Source of the DNA: Sphingobacteriales bacterium JAD_PAG50586_3
GTDB taxonomy: Bacteria; Bacteroidota; Bacteroidia; CAMBQF01
DNA length: 64,000 nt
Reading direction: 5' to 3'
NCBI GenBank assembly: GCA_023213195.1
Contig: CP096135.1
Location: 558,548-622,547, forward strand
A program made the translations under genes and the position numbers. Shown here piece after piece: positions 53,001-64,000 of this stretch (within the stretch, counting starts at the first letter, position 1; each line of letters opens with the position of its first letter). A model generated the notes under the pieces. The model had not been told where the DNA came from. It did no database searches and saw only the letters and a list, made by a program, of their open reading frames with translations.

Positions 53001-54492
53001 AAGAGAAATGTTGTGCCCGCCCGCCGCGTTAAAAGTGCGGCTTATAGATGTTAAATTACTTTGGAAAATACCATCTACATACCAGGCGTAGCTTGTGGCG
53101 TTTGTTGATGTACTGGTGGCGGTAATGGTTGCCCCGGGGCTATAGGGCCCGGCAGGTGTAAGGTTGAATGATGCCTGCGCGTTACAATTTACCCGTATAT
53201 CAAATGTTTCTGTAGCCAAGGCAGGCGGGTTGGCCATTGTCTGCAGTTAGGGTAATGGTGTATGTGCCTACGTTGTTAAATGTGCGTGATACTGTTGTGC
53301 CGGTGCCAAAAGGAACGCCATTTACGGCCCATGTGTAGGTTATACCGTTTGCAGGATAGGTTACAGTAAACGTTACAGAGCCCCCATATAATATTGTTGT
53401 GGCGCTGGTTGTGTAAATTGTATTTATTGGGCTATAGCAAATACTGTTGCAGCCAATAGATTGCAACAGGCTGGCCCTGCTGGTGTTTAAAGCCGAATTC
53501 ATGCGGGTGCTTTGCCCTTGCGAAAAGGCGTTTTGGCAAAACTGAAAACCATAGTCCATATAGTTTTCAAACATATCTGGCTGGTCGCCAAGGCCGCCGT
53601 TGGCTACAGGGCGAAAGGGGTTGTTTGGCGATAGGTCGTCATCATCGCTGCTACAGGTGTTGGGGTTTTCTGCACACAAAACAGGGTTAGTAGAATTGTC
53701 GGGCGGGGTATCGCATACACGGTCGCCATCGGTTTGGCAGTTGTTGTTGGTGCAGCCACCTTCAAACGTATGGTACAGGCCAAGGTAGTGCCCGGCCTCG
53801 TGTATATGTACTTTAGAGTTGTTTACGCTGCTGCCAAAAAGCGAAGCCTCGTTTACAATACCATCCTCGGGCTGCCCGTGCGATGATGGGAAATAGGCAT
53901 AGCCTGCCACGCCCGAGCCCATAGAAAATGTTGTAATTTCTTTTACCAACCATATATTAAGGTAGCGGGTAGGGTCCCAACGGATTAGGTTTTTAAGTTG
54001 CAGGTCTTCCGACTCCGCATTCATATTAGTAAGGGTAGATACGGTGCGGGTAATGCCGAAAGTGTATTCGCCATTAGGGTCTTGCTGTGCAAGGCAAAAC
54101 TGTATGCCCGTGTTTACGCCGTTACTTGTATTGTATGGAGATATGTTAGCAAAGGCCAGGTTTAAATGGAACAAACCATCAAGCACTTGTTGGTCTGATA
54201 TGTTTTCCTCCCCGTTGTTATGTATAATGTGTACTACAACAGGAATGGTAATAGTGCCGCCCCTTTGTGTGCCTGCAAAATTGCGTATGGCATTATCCAT
54301 TAGCTGCTGCTGTTGCGCGTATGCCGGGTTGTTGGCCTTTTTTAGGTTGTGCAACAAATCTGTTACGCAGCCCGGCGGGTTATTGGCCGGTTGTTGGCTT
54401 AGAGGTGCAGGCGATGTAATGGGTGCTTGCCCTGTTTGCGCGTTTAGCGTAAAGGTAAAAAGCGATAATATCAGCAGGTAGAATACTTTCAT
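50079..54492 (-). CDS. M43 (cytophagalysin/pappalysin-like) zinc metalloprotease with repeated Cys-pair modules and a T9SS C-terminal sorting domain, paralogue A (1 shift near 53200-53240)
   Basis: Signal peptide; HEAGHYLGLYHTF zinc site with CxxxC Cys-rich region (fragment 54492..53200). Repeated ~75-aa modules (...GTYWV.VTD.NGC..DT...). C-terminal ...VYPNPANGLVNIE..GVYLVRI... = T9SS CTD. Confidence 0.75.
50280..50560. repeat. Near-identical ~280-bp tract shared with 54730..55010 (3' ends of the two protease paralogues)
   Basis: Long stretches of nucleotide identity (e.g. accctaaaggt.tc.atacc.gtgcagccattattatcggtaacc), encoding ...NGNASQSINVTAVGTYWL.VTDNNGCTGIDTFRVIDCVGIEE in both. Confidence 0.6.
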
Positions 54493-54525
54493 GGCATTAT
54501 TAATTTCAATGGTTATGCAAATTGT

Positions 54526-57500
54526 TTAATTAAGCACAATTAGTTTCTGTCTCCAAACATGGTTGCCAGCATTGGCTTGTACCATGTATAAGCCAGCGGC
54601 AAAGTTTTGAGTGTTTATTACTGTAGTGCCTGTTATATTCTGATTTAATACTACACGCCCAACGGCATCAATTAACGATACCATAACAGGGGTATTACCC
54701 GTTAGCTCAATGCGTAAGTAGTTGGTGGCTGGGTTGGGGTAAAACCGTATAGGGTTTACCATATTTTCTTCAATGCCTACACAGTCAATTACCCTAAAGG
54801 TATCAATACCTGTGCAGCCATTATTATCGGTAACCTGCAACCAGTATGTGCCAACGGCAGTTACGTTTATAGATTGCGATGCATTGCCGTTTTGCCATAA
54901 GTAGCCGCTGTAACCCCCGGGGGCATTTAGCGCAAAAGGCAGGGCGGTTTTACAAGCTACCGTATCGTTATTTAGCATTAGTTCAAAGTTGATTTGGCCT
55001 TCGCCTATTGTAATGGTATCAGTAGCTGTTCCGCACCCGTCTGATACACTAACCCAATACGTACCCGGTGTGGTTGCCGTAAAAGTACTATCGGCAGATC
55101 CATCTTGCCACTCGTAATTATCAAACCCCGGACCAGCGTGCAGGGTAATAGGATTGAGGTTGCAGATAGCTGTATTAGGCCCCAGGTTAAGGGCAGCATT
55201 AGATAGGCCGCTTAATGTAATGGTATCGCGACTGGTGCAGCCGTTACCATCTGTAGTTTCTACCCAATAGGTGCCGGGTGCCGTAGCTATAATAGAGGTT
55301 GCTATGCTACCGGTATTCCATAAATATTCTTCAAATGGCTGTTGGGCCAATAGGTGTATATCGCCACAAATAGTAGTGTCATTTCCAAGTGAAACCTGCA
55401 CAGCGGGCACAGTAGCAAGGGTTATAGTATCGCGTGTTATACCACAGTTACCTGTTATGGTGGCAATAAGCAAACCTGCGCCTGTAGCATTAGTTAAAGT
55501 ACCGCTGCTGCCATTGCTTACAAAGTTGCCTGTGCCGGTATATTGCCAGGTAACAGATTGGTCGTTAGTAAGGTAAGGTACGTTGTAAGTAACCTGTTCG
55601 CCAATGCAAATATTGGTTTTGCCAGCTATAGAAGGTATATAAGGTTGCCCCAAACCTTGTATCATATTTGGGATGGAAAGAGAGATTAATCCTGAAATAT
55701 AGGCGTTAATTGTTCCCGGGGTATAATTGCAGGCAAGCCCTGCTGCATTAGGGTTTGCTATATAGTCTAGCTTGCTACTGAATAAAGAAGTAAGGTATAT
55801 TTTACCATTATTTGCGCGGGCCATTTGGCCATAAAATGTAGGCCCCTGATATGGGCTAACTACCGTTTTAGAAGCGCTTATAGCATTGATGTTGCCTGCG
55901 GAAAGGTTGTACTGCCATATCTCTAGCGGCTGCCAAAGGTTTACATATAACTTGGAATTATCGGGAGAAAACTCGAAGCTATGTGGCTGGTTATTTACTA
56001 CATAGCTCAACCAAATATCGCGTCCGTTAGTCAACGCACCGGTAGTGCGGTTAAAGTTTGCCAATACAATACTCCAAGGCCAGCTGCCAAGCATTGTGGC
56101 GGCTATCATATTTCCATCTGCCGAAAACTTCATTGGCCCAAGGCCGCTGCTGGTATTTTGCCCTATTTGAGATGAGGTAATGGGGTTGGTACTAATGCCT
56201 TGGCCGGTTAGCAAATACGCATAAAAATTGTTGCCGTTGCGCTTGGCCATTAATATCCAGATATCGCGGCCATTAGTATGGAACGTTCCGGTTAGCATTT
56301 CGCCCACATCATCGCGCACCAAAATATTTTTTGAACCCGAAACAACATCTCCCAAGCCGTTATTCAACGTCATATCTATAATACTGTAACGGATGCCATT
56401 TTCAACGTTATGCTCAACAGCATCGGCAGTAAATAAATAGTATAGATTGGGGTTGCCGGGAAACGGTGTTGCTTAAGGCACGATTGGGTAGTTGATATAT
56501 TCCCCATTAGCCCTGCACCATTTGGCATTACTTGTTGGTTACGGTTCCATACGCTTATTCCGTCTGAAAAGAATAATAGGTTGCCGTTGGGGTCAGATAT
56601 GGTTGTGGTACTTTCCTGGCCGCCAGCATTAATTGGGCTTGTGCCAACAGTAGGTTCGCCATTGCCATTGTTAAAATTGACTGATATATTGTTGAAGAAC
56701 CAATTTTGGTTCATGCCCGATATGTTGCAGTTGCCAATGGTAAAAAATGCTGTGGCTGAAGTGTCAGAACAAATTCCGTTGCTTGCTACAAGAAAAAGGT
56801 TATGCCCGCCCGGTGTGTTAAACTGTTGACTATAATTGGTATTTGCGTTTTGCACAATACCATCTAATACCCACACGTAGCTGGTAGCAGACGTTGAATT
56901 ATTAACCGTAGTAACAGTTTCGCCCACATTGTATGGAGAAGATGAAGTAATGGTATACGCTGCCTGCGCAGGGCACACCACGTTTACCATCATAGTATTT
57001 GAGTTGATACATTCTACACTACCATTGGTGGCAACAACCTTAATTTCGTAATTGCCTACTACGCCTGTAGGGCTGTGCTGGTAGGTAAAAGAATTGCCGG
57101 TACCTGCGGCTACACCATCTATATACCAAGTGTAGGTTGCGTTGGGTGCATTAATGGTAAAAACTACCTGCCCGCCTATAAATATAGTAGTATCGCTTGC
57201 GGTAAACTGCGCATTTAGGGGTGTTAAACATATATCATTACACCCCTGCGATTGCAATAAGCTGGCGCGGCTGGTTATCAGCGCCGCATTCATACGGTCG
57301 CATTGGTCTTGTGTAAAGTAGTGCTGGCATATCTGGTACCCATAGTCCATATAGTTACCAATCATATCATCTTGGTCGCCAAGGCCTCCATTGGCTATAG
57401 GCCTGTAGGGGTTGTTGGTAGAAAGGTCATCATCATCCGTATTACAAGTGTTTGGGGTAGTTTCAAAACAATTTACAGCAGCGGTAGAATTATCCGGGGG

Positions 57501-58307
57501 CGTATCGCAAACCCTATCACCATCAACCTGGCAATTAGAATTGCCGCAGCCCCCTTCAAACGTATGGTAAAGGCCCAGGTAATGACCAACCTCGTGCACA
57601 TGCACTTTAGAGTTATCATACGTATTACTGTTAAAACCTAATTGTGTGCCACCAAAAAAGCCGGCTTCGTTAACAATGCCATCTATAGCGCTACCGTGGG
57701 CCGATGGGAAATAGGCATACCCTGCAATGCCCGAACCCATAGAAAGGGAAGAAATTTCTTTAACCAACCATATATTAAGGTATTTGGTAGGGTCCCAACG
57801 CACAAGGTCTTTCAGTTCCAGGTCTTGCGTTTCTGATACCATATTGGTAAGGGTAGAAACCGTGCGGGTAATGCCGGTAGTAAAATTACCGGCGGGGTCT
57901 TGCTTGGCTAAGCAAAACTGTATGTTGCTATTTGCACCACTAGAGCCGCCCAAGCCGTTTGCAAAAGACAGGTTAAGGTCTGATATGCCTTGCAGTACCT
58001 GCGCGTTGCTAATATTTTCGGGCCCGTTGTTGTGTATTATATGCACTACTATGGGTATGGTAAGCACACCCGAACCGCGGCTTTGGGTGTTGAAATTTAA
58101 AATGCCGTTATTTATTTGCTGCGTACGCTGGGCATAACCCGGCGTGTTTTGCATTTGTATGCCATGCAAAACATCTGTTAAGCACCCCGGAATAACTGTA
58201 GGCGACGGTTGATTACTTGCAGGATTTGAGGATAGTATAGCTTGCCCTGTTTGCGCGCTAACTGAGATGGTAACAAGTAAAAGCAGTAGTAGATTAAATA
58301 CTTTCAT
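54526..58307 (-). CDS. M43 zinc metalloprotease / T9SS cargo protein, paralogue B (1 shift near 56373-56470)
   Basis: HEVGHYLGLYHTF. Same architecture as paralogue A. C-terminus ...FYPNPATNYLRIE...GLYMVQA... is a T9SS CTD. Confidence 0.75.
54730..55010. repeat. Second copy of the gene-conversion tract
   Basis: See 50280..50560. Confidence 0.6.
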
Positions 58308-58459
58308 AGAGATTAGGCTGTAATAACGTTACCATTGTTGACGTTGGCGAATTACAAACTCTAAAACCCCCTACATCAGACATAAAGGTAGCAACAGCTT
58401 AATCAAAAAGCAAGCAGTTAAAGCAAAAATAATACACAAGTAATGTTAAAAACCAATAA

Positions 58460-58783
58460 TTACTTGCCTTTCAGGTTGGTAATTAGTGTAGACACTACAG
58501 GCTCTAGCGATGTAGCAGAACCTTCTACCAACTCGCCATTATTAAAAGTGGCAAAAAACGGAAGGTTATCCACACTGGCTAATTTTCTGGCTTCGGGGTT
58601 GGTTTCGGCATTTACATCAACAAACAAAACGCCTTCAAATTCGGGGCTTTCGCTCATGCGGCGAAACTTTGGGGCAAACAACTTGCAGTTGCCACACCAG
58701 TCGGCAAAATATTTAACAACCACCTTAGGGTTGTTTTGTAACAGGGTATTAAAATCAGCGTCGGTAGAAAGGGTAACAGCCAT
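58460..58783 (-). CDS. Thioredoxin-family protein (WCGNC active site)
   Basis: KYFADWCGNCKLFAPKF. Thioredoxin fold, 107 aa. Confidence 0.8.
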   Translation of the reverse strand: MAVTLSTDADFNTLLQNNPKVVVKYFADWCGNCKLFAPKFRRMSESPEFEGVLFVDVNAETNPEARKLASVDNLPFFATFNNGELVEGSATSLEPVVSTLITNLKGK

Positions 58784-58924
58784 TGTAATATTTTTTGCAA
58801 AGTTATATAATCAATTGGTGGAATAACAAACCAGTTGAAATAGGGTTTAATAAATGATAATATTTAGGCTGTTTTGATTTTTGTTGTACCTTTGTAGACC
58901 GTTTTTTATAGATTAAATAGAGAC

Positions 58925-60542
58925 ATGAACGAAACAGGCATAAAGGCCGAAAATGCTACAGTAGCAACCCTTGGGTTAAAAAATGTAGCGGCCGCTTACT
59001 GGAACCTTACCCCATCTGAACTTGTTGAAGAAACGTTACTAACCACAGAAGAGGCTTATCTGGCTGATAATGGCGCGTTGGTTGTTGATACGTTAGAGTT
59101 TAAAGGCCGATCGCCTAAAGACAAGTTTGTAGTAAAAGACGAAAAAACAGCTGATACTGTTTGGTGGGGCGATGTAAACAACCCATTTGAACCCGAAAAA
59201 TTTGACCGCCTGTATAACCGCGTTTGCGCGTATTTAGGTGGCAAAGAGGTGTATGTTCGCGATGCTTACGCTTGCGCCGACCCGCGCTACCGCTTAAACA
59301 TACGTGTGGTTACAGAGTTGCCATGGAGCAACCTGTTTGCCAACAACTTGTTTTTGCGCCCTACCTACGAAGAAATTTTAAGCTTTGACCCTGAGTGGAC
59401 CATATTATGTGTACCGGGTTATTTAGCTGATAAAGAGGTTGATGGTACCCGCCAGCATAACTTTACCGTGGTTAACTTTACCAAAAAGGTTATCCTTATT
59501 GGTGGTTCGGCCTACACGGGCGAGATGAAGAAAGGTATTTTTACCATTCTTAACTACATTCTTCCACAAGAAAAAGGCGTGTTATCTATGCATTGCTCTG
59601 CCAACGTTGGTAAAGACAACGATACCGCTGTATTCTTTGGCCTATCGGGCACGGGTAAAACAACCCTTAGCGCCGACCCTAACCGCCGCCTTATTGGCGA
59701 TGATGAGCACGGCTGGACAGCAGACACCGTATTTAACTTTGAAGGTGGTTGCTACGCTAAATGTGTTGACCTTACCAAAGAAAAAGAGCCTCAAATTTTT
59801 GATGCCATACGTTACGGCACCCTGCTAGAGAATGTTAACTTTTACGATGGCACCCGTACGGTAGACTATACCGATACTACCAAAACAGAGAACACCCGCG
59901 CCGCTTACCCAATTGATTTTATTGATAACATCGTTACCCCATCGGTAGGCCCGCTTCCTAAAAATATTTTCTTTTTAACTGCTGATGCGTTTGGTGTTTT
60001 ACCTCCAATTAGCAAGCTAACTACCGGCTAAGGCTATGTACCACTTTATATCGGGCTACACGGCTAAAGTTGCCGGTACCGAGGTGGGTGTTACCGAGCC
60101 GCAAACTACTTTCTCGGCTTGTTTTGGTAAGGCTTTTCTTCCGTTGCACCCCGGTAAGTATGCCGATTTGCTTGGCAAGAAAATGAACGAGAACAACGTT
60201 AACGTATGGTTGATTAACACCGGCTGGACCGGTGGCCCTTACGGTGTTGGCTCTCGCATGAAGTTGAAATACACCCGCGCCACCATTACCGCTGCGTTAG
60301 AAGGTAAATTGGATGGTGTTGAGTTTAAAACCCTTCCGGGCTTTAACCTTGCCTACCCTACTACCTGCCCCGATGTGCCAACTGAACTGTTGAACCCACG
60401 CGAAACATGGGCTGATAAAGAAGCTTACGACAAAAAGGCTAACCATTTGGCCGAAGAGTTTGTAAAGAACTTTGCCCAATATGCCGATGGTTGCTCTGCC
60501 GAAGTTTTGGAAGCTGCACCTAAGGCCGAAGTACACGCTTAA
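58925..60542 (+). CDS. pckA: Phosphoenolpyruvate carboxykinase (ATP), 1 shift near 60020-60040
   Basis: FGLSGTGKTTLS kinase-1a motif, IGDDEHGW, GGCYAKC. The second fragment starts MYHFISGYTAKVAGTE, the PckA C-lobe. Confidence 0.85.
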
Positions 60543-60613
60543 TATTATTTTAGTTTGATAAGAAAATCCCTGTTTGCTGTTAGTGAACGGGGATTTTTCA
60601 TAGTATGCCATAA

Positions 60614-61923
60614 TTGAAAACCCATCCATTTCATACAGATAATGCTAATGCCTTTTTAGAACAACTCATTGAGTTTTCTAAGGGGTTGGAGTTTTTTATT
60701 TTGCTTGATAGTAATAAGCATGCGCGTAGCAAGCAATCGGCCTTTAATAAGGGTTTGCATTTAGATAGCTACGATTGGCTAGCAGCATTTTACCCTAAGC
60801 GCATACTGGTTTTAGAAAACCCTTTAGGTGCGTTCGATTTGCTTAGCAAGTTTCACCAAAATACGTGGTTGGTGGGGTATTTGTCGTACACCTTAAAAGC
60901 AGACACTGAAAAGGTAGCCGATAACAAACCCAATACCCAGGACTTTGCCGCTATGGAGTTTGCAGAGCCGGGTTGTATTATTTATGCCCAGGGCGATAGT
61001 TTGGTAATGCTGTATGAAGAGAAAGTAGTACCATCACCACAAGATTTAATAAGCGGTATAGAAGGCATTCAAGTACCTGTAGAAGCAGTTAATGGTAAAG
61101 TTGAGGTTATACCCCGCATCACCAAAGAAGAATACATACAGCAGGTTAATAGCCTTAAACAGCATATTCAGTTAGGCGATATATACGAGGCTAACTTTTG
61201 CATGGAGTTTAGTGCAGAAGGCGCAAGTATCAACCCATACAACACCTATAAGCGGTTAACAGCAGCATCGCCCATGCCGTTTTCGGCATTTGTAAAAACG
61301 GGAGGTAACTATGTTATGTGTGCCAGCCCCGAGCGGTTTGCTAAAAAGGTTGGCAGCATGGTTTACTCCCAACCCATAAAAGGCACAGCACCAAGGGCCG
61401 CTAATGGAGCGCAAGATAAGGCCAATGCTGAAAGCCTTATTGCCAGCGAGAAAGAAAGGGCTGAGAATGTAATGATAGTAGACTTGGTGCGTAACGATTT
61501 AGGGCGCACAGCCAGAGTCGGCACGGTTAAGGTTGATGAGTTGTTTGGGGTATACCACTTCCCTAAGGTGCACCACATGATATCTACCGTTAGCGCAGAG
61601 GTAGCAGAGGGCATAGGCTTTGCCGAGGTGATTAAAAAGCTTTCCCTATGGGCAGCATGACAGGCGCACCCAAAATACGCGCCATGCAGTTAATTGATGG
61701 ACATGAAGCCGGGGCAAGGGGTTTATTCTCGGGCTCGGTTGGTTATATAACCCCCGATGGTGATTTTGACTTTAATGTGGTTATCCGCAGTATATTCTAT
61801 AGTAAGGAAACACAGCAACTATCATACTGGGCAGGCAGTGCCATCACCGCCAAAGCCAATGCAGAGCAGGAGTATGAAGAGTGCTTGCTAAAGCTGGAAG
61901 CTATAAGGCAGGTGTTGGGATAG
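60614..61923 (+). CDS. pabB: Aminodeoxychorismate/anthranilate synthase component I family (chorismate-binding), 1 shift near 61640-61660
   Basis: [25 protein letters not shown], then [17 protein letters not shown] in the downstream fragment. Confidence 0.75.
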
Positions 61924-61943
61924 AAAAATAAGCTTAGGATGTC

Positions 61944-62013
61944 ATCCCGAACTTGATTCGGGATCTAATATAACCGACAGTCCTTTCTATGGATGCTGAA
62001 TCAAGTTCAGCAT
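61944..62013. repeat. Two inverted copies of a ~27-nt palindromic element with compensatory stem changes
   Basis: 61944..61964 is ATCCCGAActtgaTTCGGGAT. 61993..62013 is ATGCTGAAtcaagTTCAGCAT. Flanks tgtcat/atgaca are shared. Confidence 0.5.
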
Positions 62014-62036
62014 GACAATTCATCATAGATAAAAAA

Positions 62037-62065
62037 GAAGCCCCTCCGTTTCCGAAAGGGCTTTT
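62037..62065. terminator. Hairpin plus T-tract terminator for the minus-strand DUF4476 gene, also usable by pabB
   Basis: aaGCCCctccgtttccgaaaGGGCtt. On the minus strand it is followed by ttctttttt. Confidence 0.5.
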
Positions 62066-62106
62066 ACAAATATTATTTAGTCTAATTACTGACTACTAAC
62101 TACTGA

Positions 62107-63273
62107 TTACTTGCTATTGATGAAGTCAGTTAACTCATCGCTTGATGATGAGAAGCTGAAAGCATCGCTAACCATGTAGTAGTTTTCTTTGTCAGAGCAA
62201 CGGTCGTAGGCCAGTTTGGCAAACGATAGTTTATCACCCTCAAAAGAGAATAACGCCATTACATCTTTAATTTGAGCAACCGATAGGCATTTGTTTTTTA
62301 AGAACGTTTTAGCCACGTTCATTTTACTGTCAGAGAACGATTGCTTTTGTATGCTGCCTTTTAGGTTGCCTATATCTGTAGACGATGCAGGGAAAGTGCA
62401 ACCGGTATTTGCCGGAGGGGTTGTGCTGCTTGGCGGCGGGGTTGTGTTTGAGCCTGTATTGCTTGGCGGGCGCGTAGTTACTGCACCTCCTGTGTTGGTA
62501 GATGAGTAAGTGGTAGTTGTTGTTGTTTTGGTGGTGGTAGTTGTGGTAGAACCGGCAGGCATATTAATGCCCATGTTCATGTCTATTGTACCACCCATAC
62601 CATCGTCAACCTTAACGCCACCGCCGGTAGCGCCCATGTTCATATCCATTTTAACGGTATTGCCGCTAGGGTCGGTAATGGTTTGGCTGGTGCTAACGCC
62701 TTTATCGCCACCGGTAACATTTTGGTTAATGCCAACTTTATCGCCACCCACATTGCTATTTACGTTTTGGTTTACAGTACCTGTGTTGCCACGGGTAGTA
62801 GTAGTGGTGGTTTGGGTAGTGTTTTGTATAGGGATAGTTTGTGCAGGGGTGTTTGGAATAGTGTAATCAGAACCGTATTTATCATCGGTATGAAAAGGTA
62901 CTGTTTGCGCGCTGGCAGGGCCACCTTTGCTTTCAGAAAAGCTGCTTACGCGTACTACCAATTTGCCTTTTTTATCTTTTTGGATGTTGTAGGTAGCATC
63001 AAAAAACTTATCGTCTACATCTTTTGTAAAAATGTTTTTGTCAATAGATGGAATGGTGTTATCGGCAAAAATTATTTTAGCACGGTAGTTAGGGTTAGTA
63101 AGGCCTGTAACCTTAACGTTGGCATCGGGCTTATCATTTTGTTTTATGCCATCCATAATAACCCAGAATTTTTGACCGTCCTGAGAAAAGAATGTAGCAC
63201 TTGCTGATGGTGTTTGAGCCGCAATATTAAAGGCAGCCAAGCCACAAAGTATAAATGAAAATAGAGTTTTCAT
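62107..63273 (-). CDS. Secreted DUF4476-domain protein with a Thr/Gly-rich low-complexity linker
   Basis: Signal peptide. C-terminus FSDSKMNVAKTFL...ALFSFEGDKLSFAKLAYDRCSDKENYYMVSDAFSFSSS matches DUF4476. Confidence 0.6.
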   Translation of the reverse strand: MKTLFSFILCGLAAFNIAAQTPSASATFFSQDGQKFWVIMDGIKQNDKPDANVKVTGLTNPNYRAKIIFADNTIPSIDKNIFTKDVDDKFFDATYNIQKDKKGKLVVRVSSFSESKGGPASAQTVPFHTDDKYGSDYTIPNTPAQTIPIQNTTQTTTTTTRGNTGTVNQNVNSNVGGDKVGINQNVTGGDKGVSTSQTITDPSGNTVKMDMNMGATGGGVKVDDGMGGTIDMNMGINMPAGSTTTTTTKTTTTTTYSSTNTGGAVTTRPPSNTGSNTTPPPSSTTPPANTGCTFPASSTDIGNLKGSIQKQSFSDSKMNVAKTFLKNKCLSVAQIKDVMALFSFEGDKLSFAKLAYDRCSDKENYYMVSDAFSFSSSSDELTDFINSK

Positions 63274-63297
63274 AAGGTATATTAAGTGTTTATTGTA

Positions 63298-64000
63298 TTA
63301 ATTAGCTTTTTTAGGGGTAGTAGTTTTGGTAGCCGGTTTGGTGGTTGTTTTAGTAGTAGTGCCGGTTTTAGTGCCTGCGGGTTTTGTATTAGCGGGCTTT
63401 GTAGAGGTACCGCCTGTGGCAGGTTTGGTAGTGCTCTTGGTGTCGTTAACGGGTTTGTCAGTAGTTGTTAACGGCGCAGCGGGCTTAACCATGTTGGGTA
63501 CTACATAGCTTTGCGGGGCAAAAGATATTTGCCTGCCATAAATAAGCTTTACATCAATCCTTTTGTCTACAAGGCTGGGTATTTGGTCGCAAAGGTCTAG
63601 TACTTTGTCGGCCATATCATCGCCAAGGCTTTTGTAAGTACATATAAGCTTGCTGTAGTTGTTTACTGATGTAAGTTCTAGCTGGCCGCCAAAGGTAGCA
63701 TCGGCTTTAAGCTTAGAGCGTAAATCACGTAAATCGCGGAAAGTGCCCATTTCGTAAAAGCGAAGCTCAAAAGGTGTTCCGTTGTTTACCCAATCGCCAA
63801 TGTAGGTGGTAAAGGTTTGCAATAGCTTGTCAACGCCAAGGTCTACAGCCTCTTTAATAGATTTGGTACTTATTTTACCATCGTCGCCATCTGTGCCCCA
63901 GGTGCTTTCCATTATAACGGTGCCAAGGCCTTCGCCGGTGCAGTTATCATACGCTTTGGCAACAATGTTGGTTTTAGATTCGGTACGGGTGCCAAAAGGA
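63298..64000 (-). CDS. Hypothetical protein with a Thr/Lys/Pro-rich C-terminal tail, 5' partial (continues past the window end)
   Basis: The frame stays open from 63912 up to 64000 (..GTRTESKTNIVAKAYDNCTGEGLGTVIMESTWG..). Confidence 0.45.
   Translation of the reverse strand, partial: PFGTRTESKTNIVAKAYDNCTGEGLGTVIMESTWGTDGDDGKISTKSIKEAVDLGVDKLLQTFTTYIGDWVNNGTPFELRFYEMGTFRDLRDLRSKLKADATFGGQLELTSVNNYSKLICTYKSLGDDMADKVLDLCDQIPSLVDKRIDVKLIYGRQISFAPQSYVVPNMVKPAAPLTTTDKPVNDTKSTTKPATGGTSTKPANTKPAGTKTGTTTKTTTKPATKTTTPKKAN

Noticed and set aside
62291-63207. Plus-strand ORFs opposite the DUF4476 gene (62291..62509, 62510..62866, 62683..63207)
   Set aside because: They are antisense to a low-complexity Thr/Gly-rich coding region, with repetitive V/P/T translations.
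1-64000. CRISPR arrays, rRNA, tRNA genes, integrases and transposases
   Set aside because: Scanning the intergenic regions showed no regularly spaced direct repeats, no cloverleaf-compatible 70-90-nt segments, and no recombinase-like ORFs. I found none.

Overview
Read as a Bacteroidota chromosome segment, Sphingobacteriia-like (Mucilaginibacter/Pedobacter-type). Basis: TAnnTTTG -7 promoter boxes in front of many genes, T9SS C-terminal sorting domains, an alternative complex III (actABCDEF) fused to a caa3-type cox operon, and futalosine-pathway menaquinone genes. It holds about 60 genes, mostly housekeeping: recA, an oxyR-like LysR regulator, a CCA tRNA nucleotidyltransferase, miaA, hldD, mqnD, mqnB, holA, a UbiA prenyltransferase, trx, pckA, pabB, and the respiratory block actA-F plus coxBA. 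A K+ module is present (truncated KdpD-like kinase, KdpE, Kup, two porins), together with outer-membrane and secreted proteins, two tandem giant M43-metalloprotease/T9SS cargo paralogues, and several small unknown cassettes. About 20 of these genes are each split into ORF fragments that rejoin after a 1-nt shift (roughly 25 break points in all), nearly always at A/T homopolymers. Essential genes are affected (recA also carries an in-frame TAG; actA/actB, pit, pckA, pabB). I read this as an indel-prone assembly, not true pseudogenes, and give merged coordinates. No CRISPR array, rRNA or tRNA was found. The candidates worth a second look are: a GRDP-like protein next to a protein with an extreme Gly/Cys-rich tail; a TPR-AAA+ ATPase coupled to a TPR-membrane protein; three tandem lipoprotein paralogues; the protease pair with a gene-conversion tract; and a family of short ATCCCGA..TCGGGAT palindromic elements showing compensatory changes. 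I could not tie any of these to a named, validated system from sequence alone.
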